64,000 nt of DNA from a phage. Numbering within the stretch: the first letter of the stretch is position 1; every line of letters starts with the position of its first letter. Positions 11,325 to 21,442 of this stretch are shown here, in pieces. A program made the position numbers and the translations under genes. Location: sequence record PZ386980.1. One strand, given 5' to 3'. Below the pieces are notes generated by a model that did no database searches, was not told the DNA's origin, and saw nothing but the letters and a program-made list of their open reading frames with translations.

Positions 11325-13589
11325 TCATAATTTACAGGATGAACAATCTTCAGCTTTTGGAGTTTCTATTTCATAATCATCAGTACCAGAACCATCACGG
11401 GTATTATGATAATAGAAATTTTTTCCGCCAAAATACCAAAAATACAAAAGGTCATCAATCATTATTGACATTGGAACCTTTCCTTTTGGAAAAATCTGCG
11501 GGTCATAATATGTATTCGCTGAAGCTGATTGACATACCCATTTCAGCATAATAGCTACCTGCGTAAGATAAGGTTTATTACCTTTCTTAGCTAATTTCCA
11601 TGTATAATCATATAGGTCTATGTTATGTTCAATATTGGGCACGACTTGATTAAAGGAACCCTCTTTTGATTCTTTAACAGAGACTGGTCCACGTGGAGGC
11701 TCGATACCGTTTGTACTGTTAGAAACTTGGGAAGATGACTCACATGGCATAAGTGCTGATAGTGTGCTATTACGGATGCCAAAGAGCTTAAGGTCTTCCC
11801 GCAGCGACGACCAGTCACAAACGTATTTTGGAGCTGCGATTTGGTCAATCTTTTTATTGTACCAGTCGATAGGTAATTCGCCTCGAGACCAACGAGTGTC
11901 TGAATAATATTCGCAAGGTCCTTTTTCTTTGGCGAGCTTAATGGATGCTTTAATGAGTCCATACTGTAATCTCTCAAATAGTTCATGTGTTAAATCGTTA
12001 GCATCTTCATAAGAAGCAAAGTTACTTGCCAACCAAGCTGCATAGTTAGTAACACCTACACCGAGGTTACGACGCTTTTTAGCTTTTTCTGCTTCAGGAA
12101 CTGGATATCCTTGGTAATCCAAAAGATTATCAAGAGCACGAACCTGGACTTCTGCCAATTCATTAATTTTATCTTGGTCTTGCCAGTCAAAATTATCCAG
12201 TACGAATGCAGAGAGAGTACACAATCCAATTTCAGCATCAGGACTATTCACATCATTTGTTGGAATAGCAATTTCACAGCACAAGTTACTCTGACGAATA
12301 GGTGCCTTTTCACGAATAAACGGAGTATAGTTATTCGTATTATCAATGAACTGTACATAAATCCTTGCTGTTCCTGAGCGTTCAGTCATGAGCAATTCAA
12401 ATAGTTCACGAGCTTTAATACGCTTTTTACGAATATTAGGGTCTTTTTCTGCTGCTTCGTATAATTCACGGAAACGGTCTTGGTCTTTAAAATAAGAATA
12501 ATAAAGCTCTCCGCCCATTTCATGGGGACTGAACAAAGTAATGTAATCGTTCTTTCCAAAACGTTCCATCATCAAATCATTCAGTTGAACACCATAATCC
12601 ATATGACGAATGCGGTTTTCTTCTACGCCTTTGTTATTTTTCAAAACAAGAAGATTTTCAACTTCCAAATGCCAAATAGGATAATAAGCAGTAGCAGCGC
12701 CGCCACGAATTCCACCCTGTGAGCATGATTTAACAGCAGTCTGAAAATGTTTCCAAAAAGGAATAACACCAGTATGGCGTACTTCACCCATGCCAATCTT
12801 AGAACCTTCAGCACGAATCATACCAACGTTAATACCAATTCCAGCGCGTTTAGAGATATATTCAACAATTGAAGCGGAAGCCTTATTGATAGACTTTAAT
12901 GAATCACCTGCCTCAATAACAACGCATGAACTAAACTGCCGAGTTGGAGTACGGCAACCAGCCATAATAGGAGTTGGTAATGAAATCTGTCGAGTAGATA
13001 CCGCTTCATAAAAACGGATAACATGTTTTAATCTATCAGCAGGTTCATCTTGATGCAATGCCATTCCAATAGTCATAAATGCAAACTGTGGAGTTTCATA
13101 AATTTGACCAGTGGTTTTATCTTTAACTAGATATTTTTCTTTTAATTGCATCGCCCCGGAATAAGTAAATTCCATATCCCGCTCGTGCTTAATTTTTGAT
13201 TCTAAAAATGTAATTTCTTCTGCTGAATATTTTGACAATAATTCAGGGTCATATTTACCTTCATTTACACAGTAAGAAATATGGTCAATAAATGAACGTG
13301 GTTCATACTGCCCATAAACATGCTTACGAAGAGCAAACATTAAACAGCGTGCAGCTACATATTGATAATCAGGTTCTTCAACCGAAATAGAATTCGCAGC
13401 GGCCTTAATGACAATAGTCTGAATATCATCAGTTGTCATTCCATCACGGAGATAAGATTTAATATTTTCATATAATTCATAAGGATCTACTGATGTTCCT
13501 TCAGCTGCCCAAGATAAAACTTTAATAATTTTTTGTGGGTCAAAGCTCTGAGAAACACCACTACTTTTGATAACATTAATTAATTGCAT
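11325..13589 (-). CDS. nrdA: ribonucleotide reductase large subunit
   Basis: 754 aa; active-site region NLCCEIA and C-terminal CSSCKL; matches recalled T4 NrdA. Confidence 0.92.
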   Translation of the reverse strand: MQLINVIKSSGVSQSFDPQKIIKVLSWAAEGTSVDPYELYENIKSYLRDGMTTDDIQTIVIKAAANSISVEEPDYQYVAARCLMFALRKHVYGQYEPRSFIDHISYCVNEGKYDPELLSKYSAEEITFLESKIKHERDMEFTYSGAMQLKEKYLVKDKTTGQIYETPQFAFMTIGMALHQDEPADRLKHVIRFYEAVSTRQISLPTPIMAGCRTPTRQFSSCVVIEAGDSLKSINKASASIVEYISKRAGIGINVGMIRAEGSKIGMGEVRHTGVIPFWKHFQTAVKSCSQGGIRGGAATAYYPIWHLEVENLLVLKNNKGVEENRIRHMDYGVQLNDLMMERFGKNDYITLFSPHEMGGELYYSYFKDQDRFRELYEAAEKDPNIRKKRIKARELFELLMTERSGTARIYVQFIDNTNNYTPFIREKAPIRQSNLCCEIAIPTNDVNSPDAEIGLCTLSAFVLDNFDWQDQDKINELAEVQVRALDNLLDYQGYPVPEAEKAKKRRNLGVGVTNYAAWLASNFASYEDANDLTHELFERLQYGLIKASIKLAKEKGPCEYYSDTRWSRGELPIDWYNKKIDQIAAPKYVCDWSSLREDLKLFGIRNSTLSALMPCESSSQVSNSTNGIEPPRGPVSVKESKEGSFNQVVPNIEHNIDLYDYTWKLAKKGNKPYLTQVAIMLKWVCQSASANTYYDPQIFPKGKVPMSIMIDDLLYFWYFGGKNFYYHNTRDGSGTDDYEIETPKAEDCSSCKL

Positions 13590-13906
13590 AAGTCCTCAAC
13601 TTGAAAATCGTCTTTAAACAATCGGTTAACTATATGAGCTATTATATCACCATGACACGGCTTTGGTTTACATGTGCATCCTAGCCTCATTCCACGTAAA
13701 GGCTCTAAATGTGCTTTAGTTATTTCTCCGGATTTAATTCGACGTATAAAATCTTTTTTGAATAATTCAATGGCAGCCTCCCGGCTGCCAGCATCTTTAC
13801 CGACGTAATTTCCCCAAAATGTACCACGGTGAATATTAACATCAAAGTCGGATTTATATTTATTCACTACTCGGCATATACGGCCTGCGCGGTTGTAAGT
13901 GTTCAT
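13580..13906 (-). CDS. DUF4326-like small protein (108 aa)
   Basis: track ORF; [13 protein letters not shown] motif; GGAAG RBS 5 nt upstream of ATG 13906. Confidence 0.55.
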   Translation of the reverse strand: MNTYNRAGRICRVVNKYKSDFDVNIHRGTFWGNYVGKDAGSREAAIELFKKDFIRRIKSGEITKAHLEPLRGMRLGCTCKPKPCHGDIIAHIVNRLFKDDFQVEDLCN

Positions 13907-14135
13907 ATTGTTCTTCCGTTAAAACAGTAATATCGTAGTAACAGTCAGAAGAAGTTTTAACTGTGGAAATTTTATTATCAAAATACTCACGAGTCATTTT
14001 ATGAGTATAATATTTTTTGCCATAAATGATAATAGGCTGATTTGGTCCTGGAACTTCTAACTCACTTGGATTAGGAAGTGTAAAAAGAACTACACCAGAA
14101 GTATCTTTAAATCGTAAAATCATATATCCTCGCAA
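13860..14135 (-). CDS. hypothetical protein (91 aa)
   Basis: track ORF; 3' end overlaps next gene by 47 nt. Confidence 0.5.
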   Translation of the reverse strand: MRGYMILRFKDTSGVVLFTLPNPSELEVPGPNQPIIIYGKKYYTHKMTREYFDNKISTVKTSSDCYYDITVLTEEQYEHLQPRRPYMPSSE

Positions 14136-14143
14136 TAATAAAA

Positions 14144-15004
14144 TTACACCGCCATCTTTCCTTTAATAGGAGGATGTGATTCATAGTTGTTAAGAACAAA
14201 ATTATGAGGCTTTGCAAATTGACTCAACCAAAATACCTGCGATTCTGTGTCCCATTCATCAAATTCATCTGGAAATTTTAATTGTAATTCGCATAAATCC
14301 ATAGGTTCACGACATAAAATTTCTTTACATTGTTCTACGTGATTCATATAGATATGAGTATTACCACCAGAAAATATCAAATCTCCCGGAATAAGATTAC
14401 ACATCTTAGCTACAATATGAACTAACGTAGCATATGATGCAATATTAAATGGAAGACCGAGGAAAACATCTACCGAACGTTGATACCACTGAAGGTCAAG
14501 GTATCCATTACGCACATTAAACTGATAGAACATATGACAAGGCGGTAATGCCATATATTTAAGTTCAGCTGGATTCCACGCAGAAACAATTTGACGCCTA
14601 TCATTTGGCAGTTTTTTAATACGATCAATAACTTCTATAATTTGATCTACACCGCCAAAATCACGCCACTGTTTTCCATAAATTGGACCAAGTTCACCGC
14701 TATGGTATCCTAAATCTTTTGCTTGATTTTCGTAATTTTCATCCCAGACTGTTTTGCCTTGAATTAATGAATCATGTTGAATTAATCGCAAATCATTGAC
14801 ATTTGTGCTTCCTGATAAAAACCATATTAGCTCAGCAATGCATGCATTCCAGGCGAGCTTTTTAGTTGTTACTGCAGGAAAACCTTTGGTTAAATCCCAA
14901 CGCAATTTAGTACCGAACAAAGCAATTGTTCCTGTGCCCGTTCGGTCATCGGTTTCATAGCCATTTTCAAAAATGTCTTTAATTAAATCTTGGTATTGTT
15001 TCAT
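14144..15004 (-). CDS. td: thymidylate synthase, uninterrupted
   Basis: 286-aa continuous ORF ([26 protein letters not shown]..); no intron. Confidence 0.92.
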   Translation of the reverse strand: MKQYQDLIKDIFENGYETDDRTGTGTIALFGTKLRWDLTKGFPAVTTKKLAWNACIAELIWFLSGSTNVNDLRLIQHDSLIQGKTVWDENYENQAKDLGYHSGELGPIYGKQWRDFGGVDQIIEVIDRIKKLPNDRRQIVSAWNPAELKYMALPPCHMFYQFNVRNGYLDLQWYQRSVDVFLGLPFNIASYATLVHIVAKMCNLIPGDLIFSGGNTHIYMNHVEQCKEILCREPMDLCELQLKFPDEFDEWDTESQVFWLSQFAKPHNFVLNNYESHPPIKGKMAV

Positions 15005-15049
15005 TTAGTACCTTATATAAATTATAATACATTTTATGAAGCTAAATAA

Positions 15050-15397
15050 TCAATACGGTTTAGCATCAAATTTTCTCCCAATTTCAGGCGTGAAATATAA
15101 TTCTTTACCGCGTTTGGAAAAGCGACCAATAATATGATAATTATTCTCATCAAACGTGATATTACCAATATCCATAGCTTTCAACCAAATATCGATATTT
15201 CTATCCAGCTTTATGTCAAAATTCCAATACGGAGAACTATTACCGAAAATACTACAAGCGGATTCAGTGAAACAACTGCTATAAATCTTGTCTTTAGGAA
15301 CTACTAATTGATAGACACCTTTAATAAACTGAGGACCCTGCCACTTTGGCTGTTTCTCATCTTTTTCTAATAGAATAGGGTAATAATTAAAATTCAT
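15050..15397 (-). CDS. hypothetical protein (115 aa) inserted between frd and td
   Basis: track ORF; no counterpart in T4 as I recall (frd and td adjacent there). Confidence 0.5.
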   Translation of the reverse strand: MNFNYYPILLEKDEKQPKWQGPQFIKGVYQLVVPKDKIYSSCFTESACSIFGNSSPYWNFDIKLDRNIDIWLKAMDIGNITFDENNYHIIGRFSKRGKELYFTPEIGRKFDAKPY

Positions 15398-15416
15398 ATT
15401 TCCGCCGCGCGTTATT

Positions 15417-16336
<920 letters not shown>

Positions 16337-16428
16337 TATATTTTCCTCAAATTCATTTAAATCAAGACTATGCAATTTTTAAAGCATTGCATAATAGAAT
16401 TCATCATTCATAAACTCAAATACAAAAA

Positions 16429-16788
16429 TTATATTATCTCCCATCGAAAAGGGTCAGGAGCATATCCGATAGAGTTAATCATTTTAACTAAAGTTACCAT
16501 TCCTTTGTTAACTGCTTGTGCGATTTCATCAAAAACTTCATCGCTATCATCATAAAGGTCATTAAAAAGTTCTAACACGTTCTTCTGAACTTTTAATTTA
16601 TGACCAACAATCTCGCCTACAGTAAATTCGTTTCCGCCGATTCCAGTGTAAAACGTAATTACACCAGTTAACAGACTTTCGCGAGAATCTAGGTCATGTG
16701 ATAAATTAATATAAGCCATCCCGGGTGCAGTTTTAAGTTGGCAACGAATTCTTACTTGGGTAATTCCGGTTACATGAATGTCGGACAT
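16429..16788 (-). CDS. hypothetical protein (119 aa)
   Basis: track ORF 16429..16953 trimmed to ATG 16788 (MSDIHVTG..) with GAGGAA RBS; removes overlap with upstream gene. Confidence 0.5.
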   Translation of the reverse strand: MSDIHVTGITQVRIRCQLKTAPGMAYINLSHDLDSRESLLTGVITFYTGIGGNEFTVGEIVGHKLKVQKNVLELFNDLYDDSDEVFDEIAQAVNKGMVTLVKMINSIGYAPDPFRWEII

Positions 16789-16798
16789 ATTATTTTCC

Positions 16799-17038
16799 TC
16801 ACGCTTTCTTAGCGACTTTCCAGTCAGCTTTAAATTGGTCAACGTCAGAGTGATGAATCCAGAAACCAGATGAGCTACCATCTTCATAAAGAGGACAACC
16901 ATCACACTCATCTTCCCATCCCATATCACGTAAAAGATGTTCAGCTTTTTCAATGAGTTCAGAATCTTTACCGATGATATTAAAATACCATTTACCTCTA
17001 ACTTCTGAATCTTTGATGCTCTGGCGTTGTAATCTCAT
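16799..17038 (-). CDS. hypothetical protein (79 aa)
   Basis: track ORF trimmed to ATG 17038 with GAGGAG RBS; early promoter 17065-17094 just upstream. Confidence 0.5.
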   Translation of the reverse strand: MRLQRQSIKDSEVRGKWYFNIIGKDSELIEKAEHLLRDMGWEDECDGCPLYEDGSSSGFWIHHSDVDQFKADWKVAKKA

Positions 17039-17064
17039 TTTATTCTCCTCAAGTTGATAGGGTA

Positions 17065-17094
17065 ATAGTATCACACTACTACCCTGTTGTAAAC
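17065..17094 (-). promoter_or_regulatory. T4-type early promoter
   Basis: minus strand GTTTACA-acagggtagtagtgtga-TACTAT; 27 nt to ATG 17038. Confidence 0.6.
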
Positions 17095-17096
17095 AA

Positions 17097-17357
17097 TTAT
17101 TTTTGAATTTTATCGAGCCACTTACCAAGCTTAATCATTTCTTTAGTAGCCTTTTCCATACTTCTGAACTTAACCAATAGAGGATAGGTATCGACACCCA
17201 TAACTAAACTGGTTACAAGACTGTGTTCACCCACAAGCCATAACGAATACGTTTGAATATCGAGTCCGTAATTTCTGTCTTTATGGACCCGTACACCCAT
17301 CACTTCAAATTTCTCACTAGCTTTTTCTACCGCATCCAGGAAATCATCTTTAGTCAT
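17097..17357 (-). CDS. hypothetical protein (86 aa)
   Basis: track ORF trimmed to ATG 17357, 1 nt after upstream stop; start uncertain (alternative 17399). Confidence 0.4.
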   Translation of the reverse strand: MTKDDFLDAVEKASEKFEVMGVRVHKDRNYGLDIQTYSLWLVGEHSLVTSLVMGVDTYPLLVKFRSMEKATKEMIKLGKWLDKIQK

Positions 17358-17358
17358 A

Positions 17359-17745
17359 TTAGGCCTTAAAAGTTTTTCGCAAAAGTTCAATGATTTCATC
17401 TACATTGTTTTCGTCAACAATGCAGTGAATTTTTGTTACGCCAGAAACTATACCTTCATTAGCGGATTGAGGCTTTTCTAAAGTTACCTCAGTAAAGTAT
17501 TTGAATTCTTCAGAGTAAATCTCAAAATACGTCTCAAGTGGGCCACCCGCCATGTATTCAGTACCATCTTCCATAGTTACACGTACCACACATTCACCAG
17601 CACAATCATCACTTTCCATTTCATCTACAACAAAACTAGGTCCGTGCTTCTCTATTAAATTTAGCATCATTACATTGCAACGGCACTCGTTAGCAAAGTC
17701 ATTTTTAAATAAAGGGTTAATGATATAAGTTTTTCCAACTTCCAC
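17359..17745 (-). CDS. hypothetical protein (128 aa)
   Basis: track ORF; apparent GTG start with GAGGAA RBS 6 nt upstream. Confidence 0.5.
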   Translation of the reverse strand: MEVGKTYIINPLFKNDFANECRCNVMMLNLIEKHGPSFVVDEMESDDCAGECVVRVTMEDGTEYMAGGPLETYFEIYSEEFKYFTEVTLEKPQSANEGIVSGVTKIHCIVDENNVDEIIELLRKTFKA

Positions 17746-17791
17746 TTTGATTTCCTCATTTTAACGGGGCTATCAAATAGCCCCTTGATAA

Positions 17792-18022
17792 TTATTGTTC
17801 AATCAGTCCCATGTAAAATTCTGCGTCTTCAGAATCCATGCCATCGCAATATTCATTAGCCATAAAGCGGGTAAGGTCTTCAAGAGGACCTTCAATGACA
17901 ATAGAAAAATTGCAATAATTGGGATCATCATGAATACTTGTGATACTAAGTTCAGGATAACGATTACGAATAATCTCTTCAATATATTCAAAATCAACGA
18001 TGTCAATATCAACTTTAGCCAT
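17792..18022 (-). CDS. hypothetical acidic protein (76 aa)
   Basis: track ORF trimmed to ATG 18022 with AAGAGG RBS; early promoter 18066-18095 upstream. Confidence 0.5.
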   Translation of the reverse strand: MAKVDIDIVDFEYIEEIIRNRYPELSITSIHDDPNYCNFSIVIEGPLEDLTRFMANEYCDGMDSEDAEFYMGLIEQ

Positions 18023-18065
18023 ATTATTTTCCTCTTTGATCATCAGCAGTATTGCCGATAGTTGT

Positions 18066-18095
18066 ATAGTACCATGGAAGGACAAGGATGTAAAC
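18066..18095 (-). promoter_or_regulatory. T4-type early promoter with A/T-rich UP region
   Basis: minus strand GTTTACA-tccttgtccttccatgg-TACTAT; sits just downstream of the gene 32 terminator. Confidence 0.6.
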
Positions 18096-18114
18096 AGTTT
18101 TGTGAAAAAATTTT

Positions 18115-18145
18115 TGAAATAAAAAAGGGGACCTCTAGGGTCCCC
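18115..18145 (-). terminator. rho-independent terminator after gene 32
   Basis: minus strand GGGGACC-cuaga-GGUCCCC followed by UUUUUU; 24 nt after gene 32 stop. Confidence 0.7.
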
Positions 18146-18168
18146 AATTAATTAGTAATTATAATCTA

Positions 18169-19077
18169 TTAAAGGTCATTCAAAAGGTCATCCAGGTCCG
18201 TGTCATCAGCACTAGATGAACTACCAGAGCTTGAGCTCATAAAATCATCTTCAGTTTTTGTATTGAAGTCATCAACATTGAATGCATCCAAATCATCAGC
18301 AACTTTATCAGCTTTCTTAGCAGCAGTTGCAGCGGCACCGCCCATCACAGCAGTTCCCATAACTTGACCGAATTTAGTATTCAGTTCTTCAAACGATTTG
18401 AATTTATCTTTAGAAGTCATTTCAGAAAGGTCAACCATTTGTTCGAACAGTTCTTTCTGGAAAGATTCATCGTCAATGTTTGGAATCGCAGATTGATTCA
18501 GGAATTTAGATTCGTCGTAGTTACTAAAACCAGAAACTTGTTTAACTTTCAGTACAAAGTTAGCACCTTCCCACGGACAAGTTACATCAACCGGAGTTTC
18601 ACCCATTTCAACATCAACTGCAATCATTGCATTGATTTTATCCCAGATTTTCTTACCGAAACGGTATTTAAATACTTTACCTTCATTTTCTGGAGCAGCT
18701 GGGTCTTTTACTACAAGAATGTTAGCCCAGTAAGAAGTTTTACGTTTAACAAGACCGTACTCTTTATTGTCAGTGTTGTATAAATCATTTTTACTGATGT
18801 ACTGACATACTGGGCAAGAATCGTAATCACCGTGGGTAGATGAACAGTTTTCAATATACCATTTACCATTTTTCTTGAAACCGTGATTTACAAGAATTGC
18901 GAATGGTGCTTGTTCATCATTTTTAGACGGAAGAAAACGAATTACTGCTTGACCGTTACCCGCATTGTCGAGTTTCAGTTTCCACTCGCCTTTATCTTCA
19001 GAAGAAAAACCACCTTTATTTCCAGCCAGTTTAGCCATTTGTGCAGCGAGTTCAGCAGTAGATTTACGTTTAAACAT
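18169..19077 (-). CDS. 32: gp32 single-stranded DNA-binding protein
   Basis: 302 aa; [37 protein letters not shown].. and acidic Ser/Asp C-terminal tail; matches recalled T4 gp32. Confidence 0.95.
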   Translation of the reverse strand: MFKRKSTAELAAQMAKLAGNKGGFSSEDKGEWKLKLDNAGNGQAVIRFLPSKNDEQAPFAILVNHGFKKNGKWYIENCSSTHGDYDSCPVCQYISKNDLYNTDNKEYGLVKRKTSYWANILVVKDPAAPENEGKVFKYRFGKKIWDKINAMIAVDVEMGETPVDVTCPWEGANFVLKVKQVSGFSNYDESKFLNQSAIPNIDDESFQKELFEQMVDLSEMTSKDKFKSFEELNTKFGQVMGTAVMGGAAATAAKKADKVADDLDAFNVDDFNTKTEDDFMSSSSGSSSSADDTDLDDLLNDL

Positions 19078-19160
19078 TTTTATTTCCTTTTTAATTTAAT
19101 TAACAGTTGGTGCTATGACGATGTATGACCTCATAGCTGGTCAGTGAGATAATTATAATT

Positions 19161-19168
19161 TATTTATA
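19161..19168 (-). promoter_or_regulatory. late promoter motif upstream of gene 32
   Basis: exact TATAAATA on minus strand about 85 nt upstream of gene 32 ATG; adjacent TGCTT MotA-like core at 19171-19180. Confidence 0.45.
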
Positions 19169-19176
19169 ATAAGCAA

Positions 19177-19830
19177 TTAATACTTACAAGATTTCACAGT
19201 TTCAATAAAAACTTTTTTAGCTTCCTGTGAATCGATATTTAAAATTTTTCTATAAGCTTTTAACTTTATAGAATAATTGTTCCAAACTAAATTATCAGTT
19301 TGTTCATCATGTTTATCAATTATATTTAAAAACGAATCAAGCAAGATAAACGTCTCAAACGAAATTATGTTCGATTGCAGAAGTTTAAAAATATAACTTG
19401 ATTGAACTTTTGGATTATATTCAAAAATTTCTTTAAAAGCAGAAACTTCAACTTTTTTACTAAAATAATAAATGTTGCGAATATCTTCTTCAAACTTAAA
19501 TTTAATTTGCTTTAAGCGTCCGATATATTCACGATAAAACACAAGTGCATCAGCGTCAGAGATGTCACCAATCCAAGCATCTTGGTTAGCAACCAAATTA
19601 CTTATAAAGATTAAAGCAAGTTCCTTTAATTTATATTTTTCTGATAACTTCTGAAAAAAATACTTATCCCTTCGCTTTTGATAAGCGGCATCAGACACCC
19701 GCATGCACCAATTATACTTAATTACATCATACTTTCCATTCATATGTTGTTTTATCATTAAGTATAATTTATAAACTGATTTACCATCAATGTATCTTTC
19801 ACCACCAGCAGGCATGCGGAGTTTAATCAT
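19177..19830 (-). CDS. 59: gp59 helicase loader
   Basis: 217 aa; matches recalled T4 gp59 (MIKLRMPAGGERYIDGKSVYKLYLMIKQHMNGKYD..). Confidence 0.9.
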   Translation of the reverse strand: MIKLRMPAGGERYIDGKSVYKLYLMIKQHMNGKYDVIKYNWCMRVSDAAYQKRRDKYFFQKLSEKYKLKELALIFISNLVANQDAWIGDISDADALVFYREYIGRLKQIKFKFEEDIRNIYYFSKKVEVSAFKEIFEYNPKVQSSYIFKLLQSNIISFETFILLDSFLNIIDKHDEQTDNLVWNNYSIKLKAYRKILNIDSQEAKKVFIETVKSCKY

Positions 19831-20165
19831 AGCAGAAAATCTAATGTATTAGTTTTTTCACAACGAACAACAGAAGGACGTAAAAGATTTTCGTCAATAG
19901 CTTCTGACTGAATTTTTTCAATTATACCCGAAGGAATAAATTTAGCAAATTGAGTTTCAGGAATAGAATTTTCTTCCAAGAATGCTGTCGTAGCTTCAAG
20001 ATAACTCATTCCAAACTCTTCTACCATTTTTTCAATAATAAATCCATTTTCTTGGCGGTCAAGAAGCTTTGCAATTTCATCCTTTTCTTTCTTAATTGAA
20101 AGTTCTTTTTCTGAAAGCCCGGCCTCATCGACCGGGCGAATATCATTTAGAGAAAACTGTGTCAT
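19827..20165 (-). CDS. 33: gp33 late-transcription co-activator
   Basis: track ORF trimmed to ATG 20165 (MTQFSLNDIRPVDEAG..), 112 aa as recalled for T4 gp33. Confidence 0.88.
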   Translation of the reverse strand: MTQFSLNDIRPVDEAGLSEKELSIKKEKDEIAKLLDRQENGFIIEKMVEEFGMSYLEATTAFLEENSIPETQFAKFIPSGIIEKIQSEAIDENLLRPSVVRCEKTNTLDFLL

Positions 20166-20412
20166 AAAGTTCAACTACCTCTTCAGTTTCAGCTTCAAAC
20201 ACATCACGGTTATCTTTATGATATAGAGCCAAAAGACGATTAAACATCTTGCCATCAACACCAAGTTCATCTTTGGCACGAATTCGAATATCTTTAATTA
20301 ATTCATTATAACCGGAAATTTTCAGTTTATGATCAGATGCTTCTTTAATAAATTTAGCCAAGTCTTCGCCGTGGATAGCTTCATCAAATTCAACCATTTC
20401 TTTTTTAGCCAT
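20143..20412 (-). CDS. dsbA: DsbA double-stranded DNA-binding protein (late transcription)
   Basis: 89 aa; MAKKEMVEFDEAIHGEDLAKFIKEASDHKLK.. matches recalled T4 DsbA. Confidence 0.85.
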   Translation of the reverse strand: MAKKEMVEFDEAIHGEDLAKFIKEASDHKLKISGYNELIKDIRIRAKDELGVDGKMFNRLLALYHKDNRDVFEAETEEVVELYDTVFSK

Positions 20413-20420
20413 TATTCACC

Positions 20421-21338
20421 TCAAAATTCATTAATGCTATTGGTTAATTTAGAAAGACCCGCTTTTACAAAATATGAATAAATTTTGCCACGCGGTGGTA
20501 ATTTATATGAATTATAGTAATTCACAATGTTTGAAGCAATATTATCAGGAATATAATCAAAATCAATTAGAACTAAATTTTCTTTATAACGATTATATTC
20601 AGATTCTGTGAGAAGCACCTTAGCTTGCTCACGGTCATTAGCAATAGCTTCAACGATTGAAGTTTTCATTGAAGGAGTTCGTTCACCTTCAACTTTGGTA
20701 AACCAAAAGTCAGATCGTACTTTAACTGAAGCAACGTTATCCTTTTTATCGCCTTTAAGGATTTTAGTCATACAGTCAATTTCAGCAGAACCGCTTTTAA
20801 TTTTAACCCATTTCTTGTGCATCGGTGACCATTGCTTAACATTTGGATATTTGTGAAGTTGAGTAAAGTCACCATCAGATGAAATGATTAAAATCTTGTG
20901 TCCTTCTAAAGAGAACTTTTTAACAAGAACAGCAATGTGGTCATCTGCTTCATACTTATCGATATCCATAACAATGTATGGCATATAAGCTTTCAATTCA
21001 TCTATAACTTTATGACTGGATTCAAAATAACCTTCCCAGTCCCAAATAGATTCTTCTCGTGCTTTTCCACGGTTTTTCTTATAATAATACGCGAAATCAC
21101 GACGCCAATATCCAGATTTCGCATTATCAATACACAGTACAATTTTAGTGTATCCAAGAGTTTTTGCTTTTTTGACATTAAACTTAATTGAGTTCAATAT
21201 CAAATGACGAACCATTGATAAATTAATTTTTTCTTTATCTGGAAAGTTTACCAAAGCAGTTGAAAGCGCAATTTGACTAAAGTCAATAAAGCAAATTCCT
21301 TCTTTGTAATCTTCATCCAGCATCATTTCTAAATCCAT
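20421..21338 (-). CDS. rnh: RNase H (5'-3' exonuclease, FEN family)
   Basis: track ORF trimmed to ATG 21338 (MDLEMMLDEDYKEG..), 305 aa as in T4. Confidence 0.9.
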   Translation of the reverse strand: MDLEMMLDEDYKEGICFIDFSQIALSTALVNFPDKEKINLSMVRHLILNSIKFNVKKAKTLGYTKIVLCIDNAKSGYWRRDFAYYYKKNRGKAREESIWDWEGYFESSHKVIDELKAYMPYIVMDIDKYEADDHIAVLVKKFSLEGHKILIISSDGDFTQLHKYPNVKQWSPMHKKWVKIKSGSAEIDCMTKILKGDKKDNVASVKVRSDFWFTKVEGERTPSMKTSIVEAIANDREQAKVLLTESEYNRYKENLVLIDFDYIPDNIASNIVNYYNSYKLPPRGKIYSYFVKAGLSKLTNSINEF

Positions 21339-21367
21339 ATGAACCTCGTTCAATTAGTGAGATTTCT

Positions 21368-21397
21368 ATTATATACCATCCAAATCTTAAAGTAAAC
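21368..21397 (-). promoter_or_regulatory. T4-type early promoter upstream of rnh
   Basis: minus strand GTTTAC-18nt-TATAAT; 30 nt to rnh ATG; back-to-back with gene 34 late promoter. Confidence 0.6.
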
Positions 21398-21400
21398 AAG

Positions 21401-21408
21401 TATAAATA
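21401..21408 (+). promoter_or_regulatory. late promoter of gene 34
   Basis: exact TATAAATA 35 nt upstream of gene 34 ATG. Confidence 0.7.
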
Positions 21409-21442
21409 CTTATTATTGAAAACACAATAGGAGCCCGGGAGA

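Noticed and set aside
10095-15004. Possible group I introns or homing endonucleases in nrdB and td, as in T4
   Set aside because: Both genes are single continuous ORFs of full expected length (392 and 286 aa); no intron-sized insertion and no endonuclease ORF.
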